Source: Candidatus Bathyarchaeota archaeon
Lineage (GTDB): Archaea; Thermoproteota; Bathyarchaeia; Bathyarchaeales; Bathycorpusculaceae
Direction of reading: 5' to 3'
Assembly (NCBI GenBank): GCA_963733095.1
Contig: CAVTBV010000012.1
Coordinates: 59,915-123,914 of the forward strand
DNA length: 64,000 bases
Position numbers and translations under genes: made by a program. Below are positions 9,490-19,971 of the stretch, piece after piece; positions within the stretch are counted from its first letter, which is position 1, and every line of letters begins with the position of its first letter. The notes under the pieces are model-generated. The model was not told where the DNA came from. It saw nothing but the letters and a program-made list of their open reading frames with translations, and searched no databases.

Positions 9490-10224
9490 CTAAAGTCTTT
9501 TTGGATGGCCAACTACGCTAAGACAAATCGCACTCTCTTCAATTCCATCAGTGCCCAGTATTGAGTTGATTTCATCATCGAAGAAAGCCCCAACATGGCA
9601 AGATCCATAGGTAATGCTTACTGCCGCCAGAGCCAAGTTTTCCGCTATGTGCCCTGCATCCAAATAGATGTACCTGTAAGCTCTCTGAGAGTATTTCCAC
9701 TTTGACCTTCTAAAGATAGCCGTCCAGATGAAGACAACGGATGCATCTGCACACATTTCTTGGTCTAAAGCAGCGTGGGCTAATTTCTCGCCAAAACTTC
9801 CAAGCTTAATCTCTTCCAACGAATGATTCTTGATATTATAGTGGTAGATGCCTTTCTCCAGTTCTTCCACGTTGTTAACATAAATGTATGTCTCTATGGG
9901 GTATAATGCTCCAGCCGATGGTGCTGTGCGGAACTCGTAATTGTGTTCAGTTCTTTGGACGCCTGTAGATGTCCAAAGGAGAAAAGCCAAATCAACCTTG
10001 CTCAAAGGCTTAGTTGAGAATGTTCGTATGCTTTTACGTTTTTTAATTGCCTCAGTAAAGCTAAGGGTTGATTCTTGAAAGGATCTGGACAATTGAACGG
10101 CTTTACTGGCGGGATAGCTTTTGTAAACTTCAGGCTTGTTCGCCCAGTCCAAAGTACTACCCCAACTTTTGTTGCGAGAGTACTTTGTCTCAGTTTGAAA
10201 ATCGTCTCCAACGTTTTTTTCCAT
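9490..10224 (-). CDS. SagB/ThcOx-type nitroreductase-like dehydrogenase
   Basis: RKSIR.F, RTAPSAGALYPIETY, Y..RAYRYIYLDAGHIAENL.L, VGAF.DD. Confidence 0.9.
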   Translation of the reverse strand: MEKNVGDDFQTETKYSRNKSWGSTLDWANKPEVYKSYPASKAVQLSRSFQESTLSFTEAIKKRKSIRTFSTKPLSKVDLAFLLWTSTGVQRTEHNYEFRTAPSAGALYPIETYIYVNNVEELEKGIYHYNIKNHSLEEIKLGSFGEKLAHAALDQEMCADASVVFIWTAIFRRSKWKYSQRAYRYIYLDAGHIAENLALAAVSITYGSCHVGAFFDDEINSILGTDGIEESAICLSVVGHPKRL

Positions 10225-10712
10225 TAGCTACACCTTTCAAAAGCAATGGGTATTAACTTCAATCGAGCGCTAAATATTATTTATTAGTTTTCTTTTTTTG
10301 GCTGGAAAACTTTAACATTTTTAAAAACCAGAATTAAGCCGTTGTAACAACAAAAGTTAGCAAGTTCCCAAAAGCATGATGGCTCTTCAAGCTTAAAACC
10401 ACCAAATCCTAAAATCAATGCACCCTCTTGCTTTTGACCTCATCTTTCAAATAACTAAAGTTCAATCCAGCCCATTTTATCATACCTTGATGCTTGAGAA
10501 CTTGATTTATTAAGTCAATATTTCTTTTAAAATAACAGTTCAATAAACAACCATTATTTTACATGTTTAAAGCAAAATCAACCATCAAAACATGTTACAG
10601 CTCCCTGTGGGAACAAGGGTTTTCTCCTCAGAGTGCAGTTAACTTAAAGAACAAGCAGCAAATATACTAAGCATTCGCAAACTTAAAACGTGGAAAGTGG
10701 TGTAGGCTACAA

Positions 10713-12239
10713 GTGGCTCAAGCAACCTTTGAAGAAATCAGCGCATCAGACTTTTTCTACAGGAACCGAGACATCGCAGGCTTAACGAACCCTTCACGCG
10801 CCATCTTTGTCGCTATTCGTGAAATCGTAGAAAACTCTTTAGATGCAGCGGAGAGCCAAAGAATTCCTCCAGACGTCTACGTACGTTTGTCCTACGAGGG
10901 CGAAGCCACCAAAGAAACACAAATCTACAAACTCCGCGTCGAAGACAACGGCAGCGGAATCCCACCCCGATTCATTCCCTCAGCCTTCGGCCAAGTGCTC
11001 TACGGAAGCAAATACAAGCTCAAACAGGCAAGAGGCACCTTCGGCTTAGGAGGAAAAATGGCAGTGCTCTACGGACAAATTACAACCCACCAACCAGTTT
11101 ATGTAACCTCAAGCACTGGGCAAGAAAAAATCTATAGCTTCAAATTAATGATCGATATCCAGCGGAACAAACCCATAATTTTAGACCGCAAAGTCCTAAT
11201 CAACAAAGACCAATGGCGCGGCACCATCGTTGAATTCACACTTGAAGGCGACTATCTACGTGCCATGCCAAAAATCATCGAGTACTTCAAACAAACTGCC
11301 ATGGTTAACCCATATGCAAACATTACTTTTGTTGACCCTAAAGGCAGGCTCTACAAGTTCACAAGAGCAACAACCGAAATGCCTGAACCACCTAAAGAAA
11401 CAATGCCTCATCCCTACGGAGTTGACGTGGAACTCCTCCAGCGCCTCATCCAAATAACAACCTTCACAACAATGAAAGAGTTCTTGAAAGGGCAATTTCA
11501 TCGAGTCGGCGAAATTACCGCGCAGAAATTTCTCGAGTTCGCAGGTATCCCCCAAACCAAGAATCCCAAAAAATTATCCCACGAAGAAATCGTGCGCTTG
11601 ATGCAGAACCTCAAGAAATACAAAGACTTTCTTCCTCCAGACGCCAGTTGCCTCTCACCGCTGGGCGAAGACTTGCTTAAAGCTGGTATCGAAAAAGAGC
11701 TCAAACCTGAGTACCTTGTGGTTCACCAGCGTAAACCTTCCACTTATGCGGGTCATCCATTCATCGTTGAGTTAGCTATGGCTTATGGTGGAGAAGTCCC
11801 AAAGCGCGGAACATTTGTAATTTACCGCTTCGCCAACAAAATCCCACTTCTCTACGACGAAGCAAGCGACGTTTCTTACCGGGTAATCTCAGCCATGAAC
11901 TGGCGCCGTTACAAAGTCCAGCCTGAAATGCCCATAGCAATAGTTGTGCACATTTGCAGCACCAAAGTCCCGTACAAAACCGTAGGCAAAGAATTCATCT
12001 CCGACCGACCTGAAGTACGCAGAGAAGTCGCAAACGCACTGCGCGAGGTTGCACGTCAACTACAACACTTCTTGGCAAGGCAAGAACACGTGCACATGGA
12101 GAAGAAAAGGCTGGGAATTTTCAGCAAATACCTACCAAGAATCGCGGAGTTCTCAACCATTCTTGCCCAGAAAGACAAGCGACCAGACATAGATAAATTA
12201 CTTAAGAGTGTGCAGAAGTATGGAACAGAAGAAAGCTAA
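10713..12239 (+). CDS. top6B: DNA topoisomerase VI subunit B
   Basis: REIVENSLDA, VEDNGSGIP, GTFGLG, RFANKIPLLYD, STKVPYKTVGKE. Confidence 0.97.
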   Translation: MAQATFEEISASDFFYRNRDIAGLTNPSRAIFVAIREIVENSLDAAESQRIPPDVYVRLSYEGEATKETQIYKLRVEDNGSGIPPRFIPSAFGQVLYGSKYKLKQARGTFGLGGKMAVLYGQITTHQPVYVTSSTGQEKIYSFKLMIDIQRNKPIILDRKVLINKDQWRGTIVEFTLEGDYLRAMPKIIEYFKQTAMVNPYANITFVDPKGRLYKFTRATTEMPEPPKETMPHPYGVDVELLQRLIQITTFTTMKEFLKGQFHRVGEITAQKFLEFAGIPQTKNPKKLSHEEIVRLMQNLKKYKDFLPPDASCLSPLGEDLLKAGIEKELKPEYLVVHQRKPSTYAGHPFIVELAMAYGGEVPKRGTFVIYRFANKIPLLYDEASDVSYRVISAMNWRRYKVQPEMPIAIVVHICSTKVPYKTVGKEFISDRPEVRREVANALREVARQLQHFLARQEHVHMEKKRLGIFSKYLPRIAEFSTILAQKDKRPDIDKLLKSVQKYGTEES

Positions 12240-13317
12240 AATAACTGAAAGAAAACTGGAAGTTCTTGCGGGACTGAAAACGTTTGGCACCTCCATCTAT
12301 AATCAATTAGACCAAGGTGTTTTTCCAACTATTAACATGCCGAGCCGATCGACCGAAAACATCAACTATGACCCAACATTGCGCCAATACATCCTCGGCG
12401 AGAAAAGCGTTGACAGAAGCGCCCGCAACATCCGCCACATCAAACCCTTTACGCAACTTGCATGGTGTGCCATGTTTAGCAATGAATTAACCAGCAAACG
12501 CAAAACCTCAACCTTAAGAGATGTTTACTATTCGGCTCAAGCATATGAGATGACTTTTACCGACCAGCAAGAATCAAACAACATCATCACCGACCTCGAA
12601 ACCCTCACAGGCTTTGCACGAGAAGACTTCAGCATATTTCCCGAAGAACGCAGTGCAATTTTCGGCGACTTAGACATTGGCTATACAGTTCCCGGCTACG
12701 AAGGCAAAACGGTGAATTTAACAAGCCACCCAGACGGCGTACTCATTGGACCAGCGGTAACCTCTTCAGAATTCATAAAAACCAGCGCTGATAAAGTTAT
12801 AGCCATCGAGAAAGGCGCCCTCTTCACAAGATTTATTGAAGAAAACGTCCATAACAAACACAAATCGCTTTTAATTTCGTGTGGTGGACAAGCGCCAAGA
12901 CAAACCCGAAGCTTCATACGCCGACTTCACGACGAACTCGGTCTACCTGTATTCATCCTCACCGACGGTGACCCATGGGGAATGCACATTGCCCAAGTCA
13001 TCATCTCTGGCTCAGCCAACGCAGCACACCTCCGCGAACTAAACACACCTGACGCAGTTTGGAGCGGTGTTTGGGCATCCGACATCGTCGAATATAAACT
13101 ACCCACCGACCCGCTAGACGAAGTTGACATCAAACGGCTCTACGAGTTACAAAGGGACCCAAGATACCAAAGCGACCCTGTTTGGCAACGTGAAATCAAA
13201 ATGTTCCTCAAGATTAAGCGTAAAACGGAACTGGAAGCTTTCAGCAGATACGGCTTAACCTACATCGTAGACGAGTATTTACCTACTAAACTAGAAGCGG
13301 CAAAAGGCAAAAAGTAG
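12208..13317 (+). CDS. top6A: DNA topoisomerase VI subunit A (Spo11-like)
   Basis: STLRDVYY (catalytic Tyr), IAIEK, TDGDPWG, ELEAF; overlaps the top6B stop. Confidence 0.97.
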   Translation: MCRSMEQKKAKITERKLEVLAGLKTFGTSIYNQLDQGVFPTINMPSRSTENINYDPTLRQYILGEKSVDRSARNIRHIKPFTQLAWCAMFSNELTSKRKTSTLRDVYYSAQAYEMTFTDQQESNNIITDLETLTGFAREDFSIFPEERSAIFGDLDIGYTVPGYEGKTVNLTSHPDGVLIGPAVTSSEFIKTSADKVIAIEKGALFTRFIEENVHNKHKSLLISCGGQAPRQTRSFIRRLHDELGLPVFILTDGDPWGMHIAQVIISGSANAAHLRELNTPDAVWSGVWASDIVEYKLPTDPLDEVDIKRLYELQRDPRYQSDPVWQREIKMFLKIKRKTELEAFSRYGLTYIVDEYLPTKLEAAKGKK

Positions 13318-13564
13318 AATAATAGCCCTATTCACATGCTCAGAGCACAAACGCCATGAACGCTGAATAAAAGCCCTACAGCTTATCGAGAAAAGTAAGA
13401 TCCCAGACGCAAAAAAGTACCTGCTCATGCTCCACGCTTGAGGGATAACCTTTTTTGAGTTTTGCTATCTACAAACAACAAAAATATACGAAGCCGATAA
13501 AATCAACATCAAAAATGCAGTAACAACTAAAAAAAAGAGAAAGAGAATAAACTATAAACCGCAG

Positions 13565-15403
13565 TTATTTTTTGGGTTTCTCAGGTGCTTCTTTTTCAGG
13601 CTTAATTTCCATTTTCTCGGGTTTGCTGGTTTTGGTGTAGTAGTATTCGCCGATGCCCTTCTGGAACTTATCCATCTGCGAGTCTTCTTTGTTTACTCGT
13701 GGACGGAAAGTTACTGAGTCCCGTCTGAACGTGATATCCATTTCCTTGAGAAAAGTATTCATGCCTTGTCTTAGAGTGGTTGGTGGATGTGCTAAGCCGC
13801 TGGTGCCTGGTTCACCTTTGAAAACCATCAAGCGGTCAGCTATGAAGTCTTGGGTGACAACGTCGTGTTCAACTACAAAAGCTGGGATGCCATGGGCTTC
13901 TACTACGCGCCGCAGCGTTTTTGCAACGTTCAAGCGTTCCTCAACGTCTAGGTATGCACTTGGCTCGTCAAGCAGGAATAAATCAGTTTTGCGGCTTAGA
14001 CACGCGGCAACTGCAACTTTTTGGAGTTCTCCACCGCTGAGCTCCATTACATTCTTATCCATTAAGACCTGAAGTCGAAGCGGCTGGGCAATCTCGGTTT
14101 TGTACCAGCTTGAAGCAAAGTTTTCCTTAGCGACATCCATGAGCAGTTCTTGCACCGAACCCTCGTAGTCAGGCGCAATGTACTGGGGCTTGTAGCTTAC
14201 AGTTAATTTGCTCAGTTGACGTTTATCGTCTGTTTCTTCTAAGCCTGCTAAAATCTTGACAAACGTGGTTTTTCCGATGCCGTTGGGTCCCAGGATGCCA
14301 ATGATTTCGCCTGTTTTTATTTCTCCTGGTTCTATGGCAAGTTTGAAGCCTTTGAATGTTTTCTCCATCTTTTCCCATTTGAGCAGGGGTTCACCGATCA
14401 TTTCTCCTGCGTTTGGGGGTTTTTCATGGAAGACTATGGCTTCTTTGCGGAACATAATGTTCTCGTCTGGGATGTAGCCCTGAAGGTAAATGTTGATGCC
14501 TGTTCGAACGCCATGGGTATGTGAGACGACGCCGTAGACGCTTGGTTCACCGTAGAAGACGCAGATTTGGTCAGATAAGTAGTCAATGATTGCTAAGTCA
14601 TGCTCGGCGACAACGATTGTTTTCTGTTGCTCTTTGAGGCTACGAATTGTTCTTGCAACCACAAGCCTCTGCTTAACATCTAAGTAGCTGGAGGGTTCAT
14701 CGAAAAGGTACACATCAGCTTCCCGACTAAGCGCCGCCGCAACCGCAACCCGCTGAAGTTCCCCACCGCTAAGCACATCGAGCGGTCTATCCCAAATCTT
14801 CTTGAGCTCCAACTCTTCGGCAATCGCATCAAGCTGTTTGCGTTCATCAACCTTTTCCAAGAGATCACCAGCTTTACCCGATACCGCCTTGGGAATTTTG
14901 TCGACGTACTGGGGTTTGCTGCTGACTTTAAGTTTCTTTTCGCTTAGTTTCTGGAAGTAATCCTGAAGGCTTGAACCTCGATAATATTGAATAATCTCAG
15001 GCCACTCTGGTGGGTCATCGAACCTTCCTAGGTTAGGTTTGATTTCACCTGAGAAAACTTTGAGCGTTGTGCTTTTGCCGATACCGTTTTGTCCCAGCAA
15101 CCCCAAAACTGTTCCTGGCGAGGGCATGGGTAGGCGGAATAGTTTGAAGCTGTTGGCGCTGAAACGGTGGCTGCAATCCTTCTCAAGTTCGTCAGGCAAG
15201 TTGACAATGCTGATGGCTTTGAAGGGGCATTTTTTGACGCAGATTCCACAGCCGCTGCAAAGGGTTTCCGCTATGACTGCTTTGTTCCCTTCAACTTTTA
15301 TGGCTTCCACTCTGCTGCGCACCATTGGGCAAAAGCTAACGCAGAGTGAATTACATTTTTTGACTTTGCACTTGTCTTCGTTTAATACAGCGATTCTGGT
15401 CAT
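13565..15403 (-). CDS. rli: ABCE1/RLI ribosome recycling ATPase
   Basis: N-terminal Fe-S Cys motifs (CSGCGICVKKCP), two Walker A (GQNGIGKST, GPNGIGKTT) and LSGGELQ signatures. Confidence 0.97.
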   Translation of the reverse strand: MTRIAVLNEDKCKVKKCNSLCVSFCPMVRSRVEAIKVEGNKAVIAETLCSGCGICVKKCPFKAISIVNLPDELEKDCSHRFSANSFKLFRLPMPSPGTVLGLLGQNGIGKSTTLKVFSGEIKPNLGRFDDPPEWPEIIQYYRGSSLQDYFQKLSEKKLKVSSKPQYVDKIPKAVSGKAGDLLEKVDERKQLDAIAEELELKKIWDRPLDVLSGGELQRVAVAAALSREADVYLFDEPSSYLDVKQRLVVARTIRSLKEQQKTIVVAEHDLAIIDYLSDQICVFYGEPSVYGVVSHTHGVRTGINIYLQGYIPDENIMFRKEAIVFHEKPPNAGEMIGEPLLKWEKMEKTFKGFKLAIEPGEIKTGEIIGILGPNGIGKTTFVKILAGLEETDDKRQLSKLTVSYKPQYIAPDYEGSVQELLMDVAKENFASSWYKTEIAQPLRLQVLMDKNVMELSGGELQKVAVAACLSRKTDLFLLDEPSAYLDVEERLNVAKTLRRVVEAHGIPAFVVEHDVVTQDFIADRLMVFKGEPGTSGLAHPPTTLRQGMNTFLKEMDITFRRDSVTFRPRVNKEDSQMDKFQKGIGEYYYTKTSKPEKMEIKPEKEAPEKPKK

Positions 15404-15573
15404 TGTAGAGTCGTTTAATGATGCCTGCAAGATAGTTATAAATGTAAACCTTGAGGAAAAAAGAAAACAAAAATACTAAGCGTCTTTTTCATCGGTTAAA
15501 AATACCTCAAAAACTTTCGGGGAAAAATCAAACTTAAAAGAAGATATACAAGGTGTGGTTTAGGCGTTTTATT

Positions 15574-15642
15574 TTACCATTCTTCTTCTTCCCATTCTTC
15601 ATCTTCGCCTTCTTCCCATTCATCTTCTTCTTCGAATATCAT
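15574..15642 (-). CDS. 22-aa acidic Trp-containing microprotein MIFEEEDEWEEGEDEEWEEEEW
   Basis: Manual translation; perfect SD GGAGGTGA at 15651-15658, 8 nt before the ATG. Confidence 0.6.
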   Translation of the reverse strand: MIFEEEDEWEEGEDEEWEEEEW

Positions 15643-15843
15643 TCCTTTTTTCACCTCCAAACAAGACCGTATAAGCTACCGTACTCTACGAGGGGTTTAA
15701 GCGTTTAGATTCGTCAAATGACGTTAAACGTAAACCCAGTCTTGGGCTAGAACATGGGTTATGCACAAATTTTTCTACAAAATTTTGGAATTTTCCGTGC
15801 GGTAATCTCTTATAAAAAGTCTCGACAAATACACCCAAGAGGA

Positions 15844-16381
15844 ATGGTTATAAGAAGAATATTCAAAATAATCCACGCTATATTGCGGTATTGATAATTA
15901 TAATAGTAGCATTTGGAGCAGTAATAGTCTTAGACGTGGCGGCTTAGACTACAACTGGTTTCAAAACCTTAAACACCAACAGGAACCTCTATAGGAAAAG
16001 CCCGGCTTATCGGGAACCGTAAAAGGCGTCGCCGATAAGGTTACTATTGACTTGCAGACGAAAGGTTTCAATGTCACAGAGGCAGGGGTAAAAAGCTCAG
16101 CCGCAACCCACATCGTGGACTATAACATTGCAGTTGTCGGGGGTCCAGTTTACGCAGGTGCACTAATTAAAGACAAAATGAACGACTTATCCATTACTCA
16201 GGGCACCAAAGTCGGCGTTTTCGGAAGCGGACAAGGTGCAACTTCATCAGATGATATCACCCTAATTTAGCAGTCAATACCAATCAACGCTGGAATCTCA
16301 AATGCGATTGTCGTGAAAATCGGCAGCAGCGAAGACCTCAATACACGAGCCCAAGACTTTGTAAATCAACTTCTAACCTAA
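15844..16381 (+). pseudogene. Degraded membrane-anchored flavodoxin-like gene
   Basis: SPGLSGTVKGVAD, AVVGGPVYAG and VGVFGSG pieces interrupted by frameshifts and stops (TAG 16268-16270). Confidence 0.55.
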
Positions 16382-16673
16382 AAACCACCAACCCTTTCTT
16401 TCTTATCATATTTTGTTATTCTATCATATCAAAATAGATAAATCCCAACAATGAACATTAAGGTGGGAATGATGTGAGGCGACGGCTTCGAGCTATAGCT
16501 GTGAGAAAACGTCAATCAACACTGACCCATAAACTCTACAGTTTTGAATCGCTCATTAGTGAGCCTATAGTCCAAGAATTTTCTGAATGCCCCAATGTAA
16601 TAAGCCATAACAAGCATTTTGACTATTGTATAGGAATAATCCATATAATATTTAAGGAAGACACACAAAATAA

Positions 16674-17180
16674 GTGTGTGAGGCCAGAAAAATAAAAGCA
16701 GCGTTGCTAGCACCGCTATATCTTTCCATGTCGTGGATACTCACGGTAAGTTACCAACTGTTTACCGATACAGCAGTTAAGTCAATCGCATCATACGCTA
16801 ACTTTTGGATGCCATCAGCCGGCGCATGGTTAAATTCGAATGTCGCAACCGTTGTTTTTATCTATGCTTTCACTTGGATTTTTGTGTTATCTTCCGTTAT
16901 ACCCTCGGTGATTCTTGGAAAAGAGAGAAGCGTACTAATTCAATACCTTGTTGTCTTAACTCTCACCCTGTTGGCTTTCTACATGGCGGATATACTTCAA
17001 ATTGTTGCAGGGATCAATATAACCGACTTGCTTGCCGCTGCCACATTTCTCACTAACCCAATTTTGGCTGTCTTCTACTTGGCAGTACCCTACATTTTTA
17101 TGATTGGTTTAGATATTAGGGCCAGAAAAGCTGCTAAGGGCAGAAAACAGCTAAATAAAATAGTTAAACGACTCAGTTAA
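16674..17180 (+). CDS. Hypothetical multi-pass membrane protein
   Basis: About 4 hydrophobic segments and a basic C-terminus. Confidence 0.6.
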   Translation: MCEARKIKAALLAPLYLSMSWILTVSYQLFTDTAVKSIASYANFWMPSAGAWLNSNVATVVFIYAFTWIFVLSSVIPSVILGKERSVLIQYLVVLTLTLLAFYMADILQIVAGINITDLLAAATFLTNPILAVFYLAVPYIFMIGLDIRARKAAKGRKQLNKIVKRLS

Positions 17181-17193
17181 TCAGAAGAATATC

Positions 17194-17529
17194 TTACTTT
17201 TTGCGCATGTTACATTGGAGCACTTTGGGACAAATTAAACATTCGTCTTGCGTTAAGGTGCTTCCCGGTGGGGCGTTTAAGAGCCCATTAAAATGTGCAC
17301 ATTTAGCGGGTGAATCAAAAACCCTCGGGTACTCCGTTGGTTTTACACTTACAATCTTTCCTTTAGCGGTCTCTAACTCTAACCTTGACATGCAGAATGG
17401 ACAAGCATAATGAGTTTGGCGCGGAAGGACAGAATCATCCGTAATCATAGTTGGCTTATCAAATTGTTTTTCGCAGCCTTTATATGGACACTTGAGTTTT
17501 TCGTCGTGGTGTCCATGGAAAAGTGGCAT
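17194..17529 (-). CDS. Cys-rich zinc-binding hypothetical protein
   Basis: CPYKGC, CPFC and C..C..C clusters; ATG 17529 is the likely start. Confidence 0.6.
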   Translation of the reverse strand: MPLFHGHHDEKLKCPYKGCEKQFDKPTMITDDSVLPRQTHYACPFCMSRLELETAKGKIVSVKPTEYPRVFDSPAKCAHFNGLLNAPPGSTLTQDECLICPKVLQCNMRKK

Positions 17530-17729
17530 GTCAATCGCCTCCGGTATAAACTTAATAAAAATGGCATTTTTTAATAAAGATTTCCTAGAAGCAAACGCCG
17601 AGTCTTTACTGTACAACACAACTGCAGAAAGAGCCAGACCAGCCGAAGAAGATCTCTAGTCCCCCGAAACAAACAAAATTATTCTCTAGAAACGCTTCCT
17701 CAACAAGTTACCTGCCGCAAAAAGAGAGA

Positions 17730-18226
17730 TGAAACAACTAAGAAAAAGAACCATCAAAAAAGCCTTAAAAAAAAACCTCACCGTTAAGATACCACGATTT
17801 TAAAGAATTCATGAAAATCAGCGAAGAAATCCTAAAAGAAAGACACGCAACAAAATCTGTGTATCCTAACGAGGAAATCTAACGCTTAACAAACTAATTC
17901 CCAGATAACATAAAATTATTCGCTGCCTACAAGGACGATGTTATGTTGGCAGACGTCGTCATGTATGAAAATAAACATGCTGCCCACGCTCAATACGCAG
18001 CTAATCAAGACAAGGATGGGATTTTGGTGCAGAAGACTTAATCCTTGATTACCTCATACATGAATATTACAAAGATAGCATACTTTGATTTTGGCATTTC
18101 AAACTAGAAAATAGGGCAGGCAGTGCTATCCAAGGTTTTGAACAACGGCTTCATAAGCTACAAAGAAGGCTTGGAGCAAGATCCGTCAAATACGATTTAT
18201 ATTCATTAACCATCCAAGAGTTGAAG
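17730..18226 (+). pseudogene. Degraded GNAT/FemAB-like acyltransferase
   Basis: Fragments NIKLFAAYK, HAQYAA, LILDYLI, YFDFGIS and KEG..AR in shifting frames. Confidence 0.6.
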
Positions 18227-18303
18227 TGGAGCCTCGAGCGGGCCTTGCTCCCGCGGCCTGCTGCTTACGAGGCAGCCGCTCTACTGGGCTGAGCTATCGA
18301 GGC
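18227..18303 (-). tRNA. tRNA-Thr(CGU), 77 nt, CCA encoded, non-canonical D/T loops
   Basis: Identical to the tRNA at 6779-6855 except anticodon position 34. Confidence 0.93.
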
Positions 18304-18401
18304 GCTAATAACGCTAAACAACACGAAACCAATTTTTAAAGTTTCACAAACCCCAACCTTAAAAGCAACAAACAACCCATAAAAGATAGAGTATAATCCA
18401 A

Positions 18402-19433
18402 ATGTCCCCACACAAAACCTCAACAGCCAAAAATCTGGGCGAACACAGAATAATCGAAATCATTCAAAACCACCTCACTCCCATGCCCAACATGCCTGTT
18501 CCGTTTGGAGACGACGTTTCCGCAGTTACCATCAATCAAAACCAGGTCGCTGTGCTAAAAACCGACATGTTAGTAGCTAAGACCGATGTCCCTGACGAAA
18601 TGTCTCTCTTCCAAGCTGCAAGAAAAGCCTTAATCATGAACATCAGCGATTTCGCTTCAAAAGGTGTCCGGCCCACAGCGGCGCTTGTTGCTTTGGGGTT
18701 ACCTGCTAACTTTAACCAAAAAAACATCGAAGAAATAGGATACGGCTTGAATGCCGGAGCTCAAGAATACGGCGCGTACATAATCGGCGGCGACACAAGT
18801 GAAACCTCCGACTTAATTATTTCAATCTCGCTCTATGGTACGGCAGACCAGTCGGCCTTGATACTGCGAAGCGGCGCAAAACCCGGCGAAATTTTGGCAG
18901 TTACAGGTTTTTTCGGCAAATCAGCGGCAGGGTTACGTTTACTACTTGGCGGATGTTTAACTTTCAAGAACGCAAAATCCCTCTTAGATGCAGTTTTTAT
19001 GCCCAAAGCAAGGCTAGCGGAGGGTTTGGCGCTTGGCGGTTGCAGTGCGGTTTCGGCGTCTATGGATTCCAGCGATGGTTTAGCTTGGACTCTGCATGAG
19101 CTTGCGCGTTTGAGTAACGTAGGATTTGAACTTGACAAGGTCCCAGTTGCTCCAGAAGTTAAGCGATTTGCAGAGCTGAACAGTCTTGACGCGTCTGAAT
19201 TGGCGCTTTACGGCGGCGAAGAATACGAGTTAGTCGTAACTGTTAAGCCTGAAGGATGGGCTACGGCGGTGGCAGCTGTGGAAGCAGCAGGCGGACAATT
19301 ATTGCCCATAGGAAAAACAATAGAGCCAAAACAAATTTCGTTAAAAACCGATGGCAAGCATGTTCCGATTGAGGTGCGTGGTTTTGAACACTTCAAGAGC
19401 CAAATTGAGCCTTCTGGTCCAAAGTATAATTAA
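18402..19433 (+). CDS. thiL: Thiamine-monophosphate kinase
   Basis: LGEH.II, FGDD, KTDMLV, NISDFAS.G.RP, IIGGDT, MDSSDGLA, GGEEYELV. Confidence 0.94.
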   Translation: MSPHKTSTAKNLGEHRIIEIIQNHLTPMPNMPVPFGDDVSAVTINQNQVAVLKTDMLVAKTDVPDEMSLFQAARKALIMNISDFASKGVRPTAALVALGLPANFNQKNIEEIGYGLNAGAQEYGAYIIGGDTSETSDLIISISLYGTADQSALILRSGAKPGEILAVTGFFGKSAAGLRLLLGGCLTFKNAKSLLDAVFMPKARLAEGLALGGCSAVSASMDSSDGLAWTLHELARLSNVGFELDKVPVAPEVKRFAELNSLDASELALYGGEEYELVVTVKPEGWATAVAAVEAAGGQLLPIGKTIEPKQISLKTDGKHVPIEVRGFEHFKSQIEPSGPKYN

Positions 19434-19971
19434 TTATGGTAATACACGAGGCTGCCAAGTACGGTGTTTTTCCTAGGCTGATTTTTTCTCCAAATCGCTG
19501 GGCAAAGAGTTCGGCTTTTTTGGGTAGGCCAACGTGGTCGCCGAGAATGAAAAGGCTGTTTTCTGCAAGTTGAATTTGGGTTATGTCCTTGCCGTCTTCC
19601 TCAAGTACATAGATTTTGTGTGTTTGTGCTTTGGCTTTGAGGAGGGCTTCGAAGCTTGTTTTGTCCTTGGTTATGCCCGGGTGGGGTTTTCCGGAGAGTA
19701 TTTTTTTCAGGATTACTTGCCAGGTGCCCATGTCTGTGCGCACGTCATAGAGTGTTTCTCCGTTGATTTGGATGTGGATAGGCGGGTTTGGCGGACCATT
19801 TAAGATGGCGTGGAAAGTCACGTCCCTGCGCAATCCATGAGAAAGAAACAGGCTACTAACGATGCATTCGTGGGCTATGTCGAGTCTGCCAGCATCGTGG
19901 AGGCTTTGGAAGTTTGAGTCAGTTTGACCTATACGTGAGAAAAGGATGAATTCCCGCAGCAACACAGTCAC
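19393..19971 (-). CDS. trmY: tRNA (pseudouridine54-N1)-methyltransferase (SPOUT)
   Basis: REFIL, AGRLDI..ECI...LFLSH.LRRDV, FILGDH.GL, ISLG..PYLA..CI. Confidence 0.9.
   Translation of the reverse strand: MTVLLREFILFSRIGQTDSNFQSLHDAGRLDIAHECIVSSLFLSHGLRRDVTFHAILNGPPNPPIHIQINGETLYDVRTDMGTWQVILKKILSGKPHPGITKDKTSFEALLKAKAQTHKIYVLEEDGKDITQIQLAENSLFILGDHVGLPKKAELFAQRFGEKISLGKTPYLAASCITIINYTLDQKAQFGS

Noticed and set aside
13350-13540. Possible recombinase box-I fragment (DAKKYLLMLHA*GITFFEF)
   Set aside because: Too short, contains stops, no Arg; cannot be distinguished from chance
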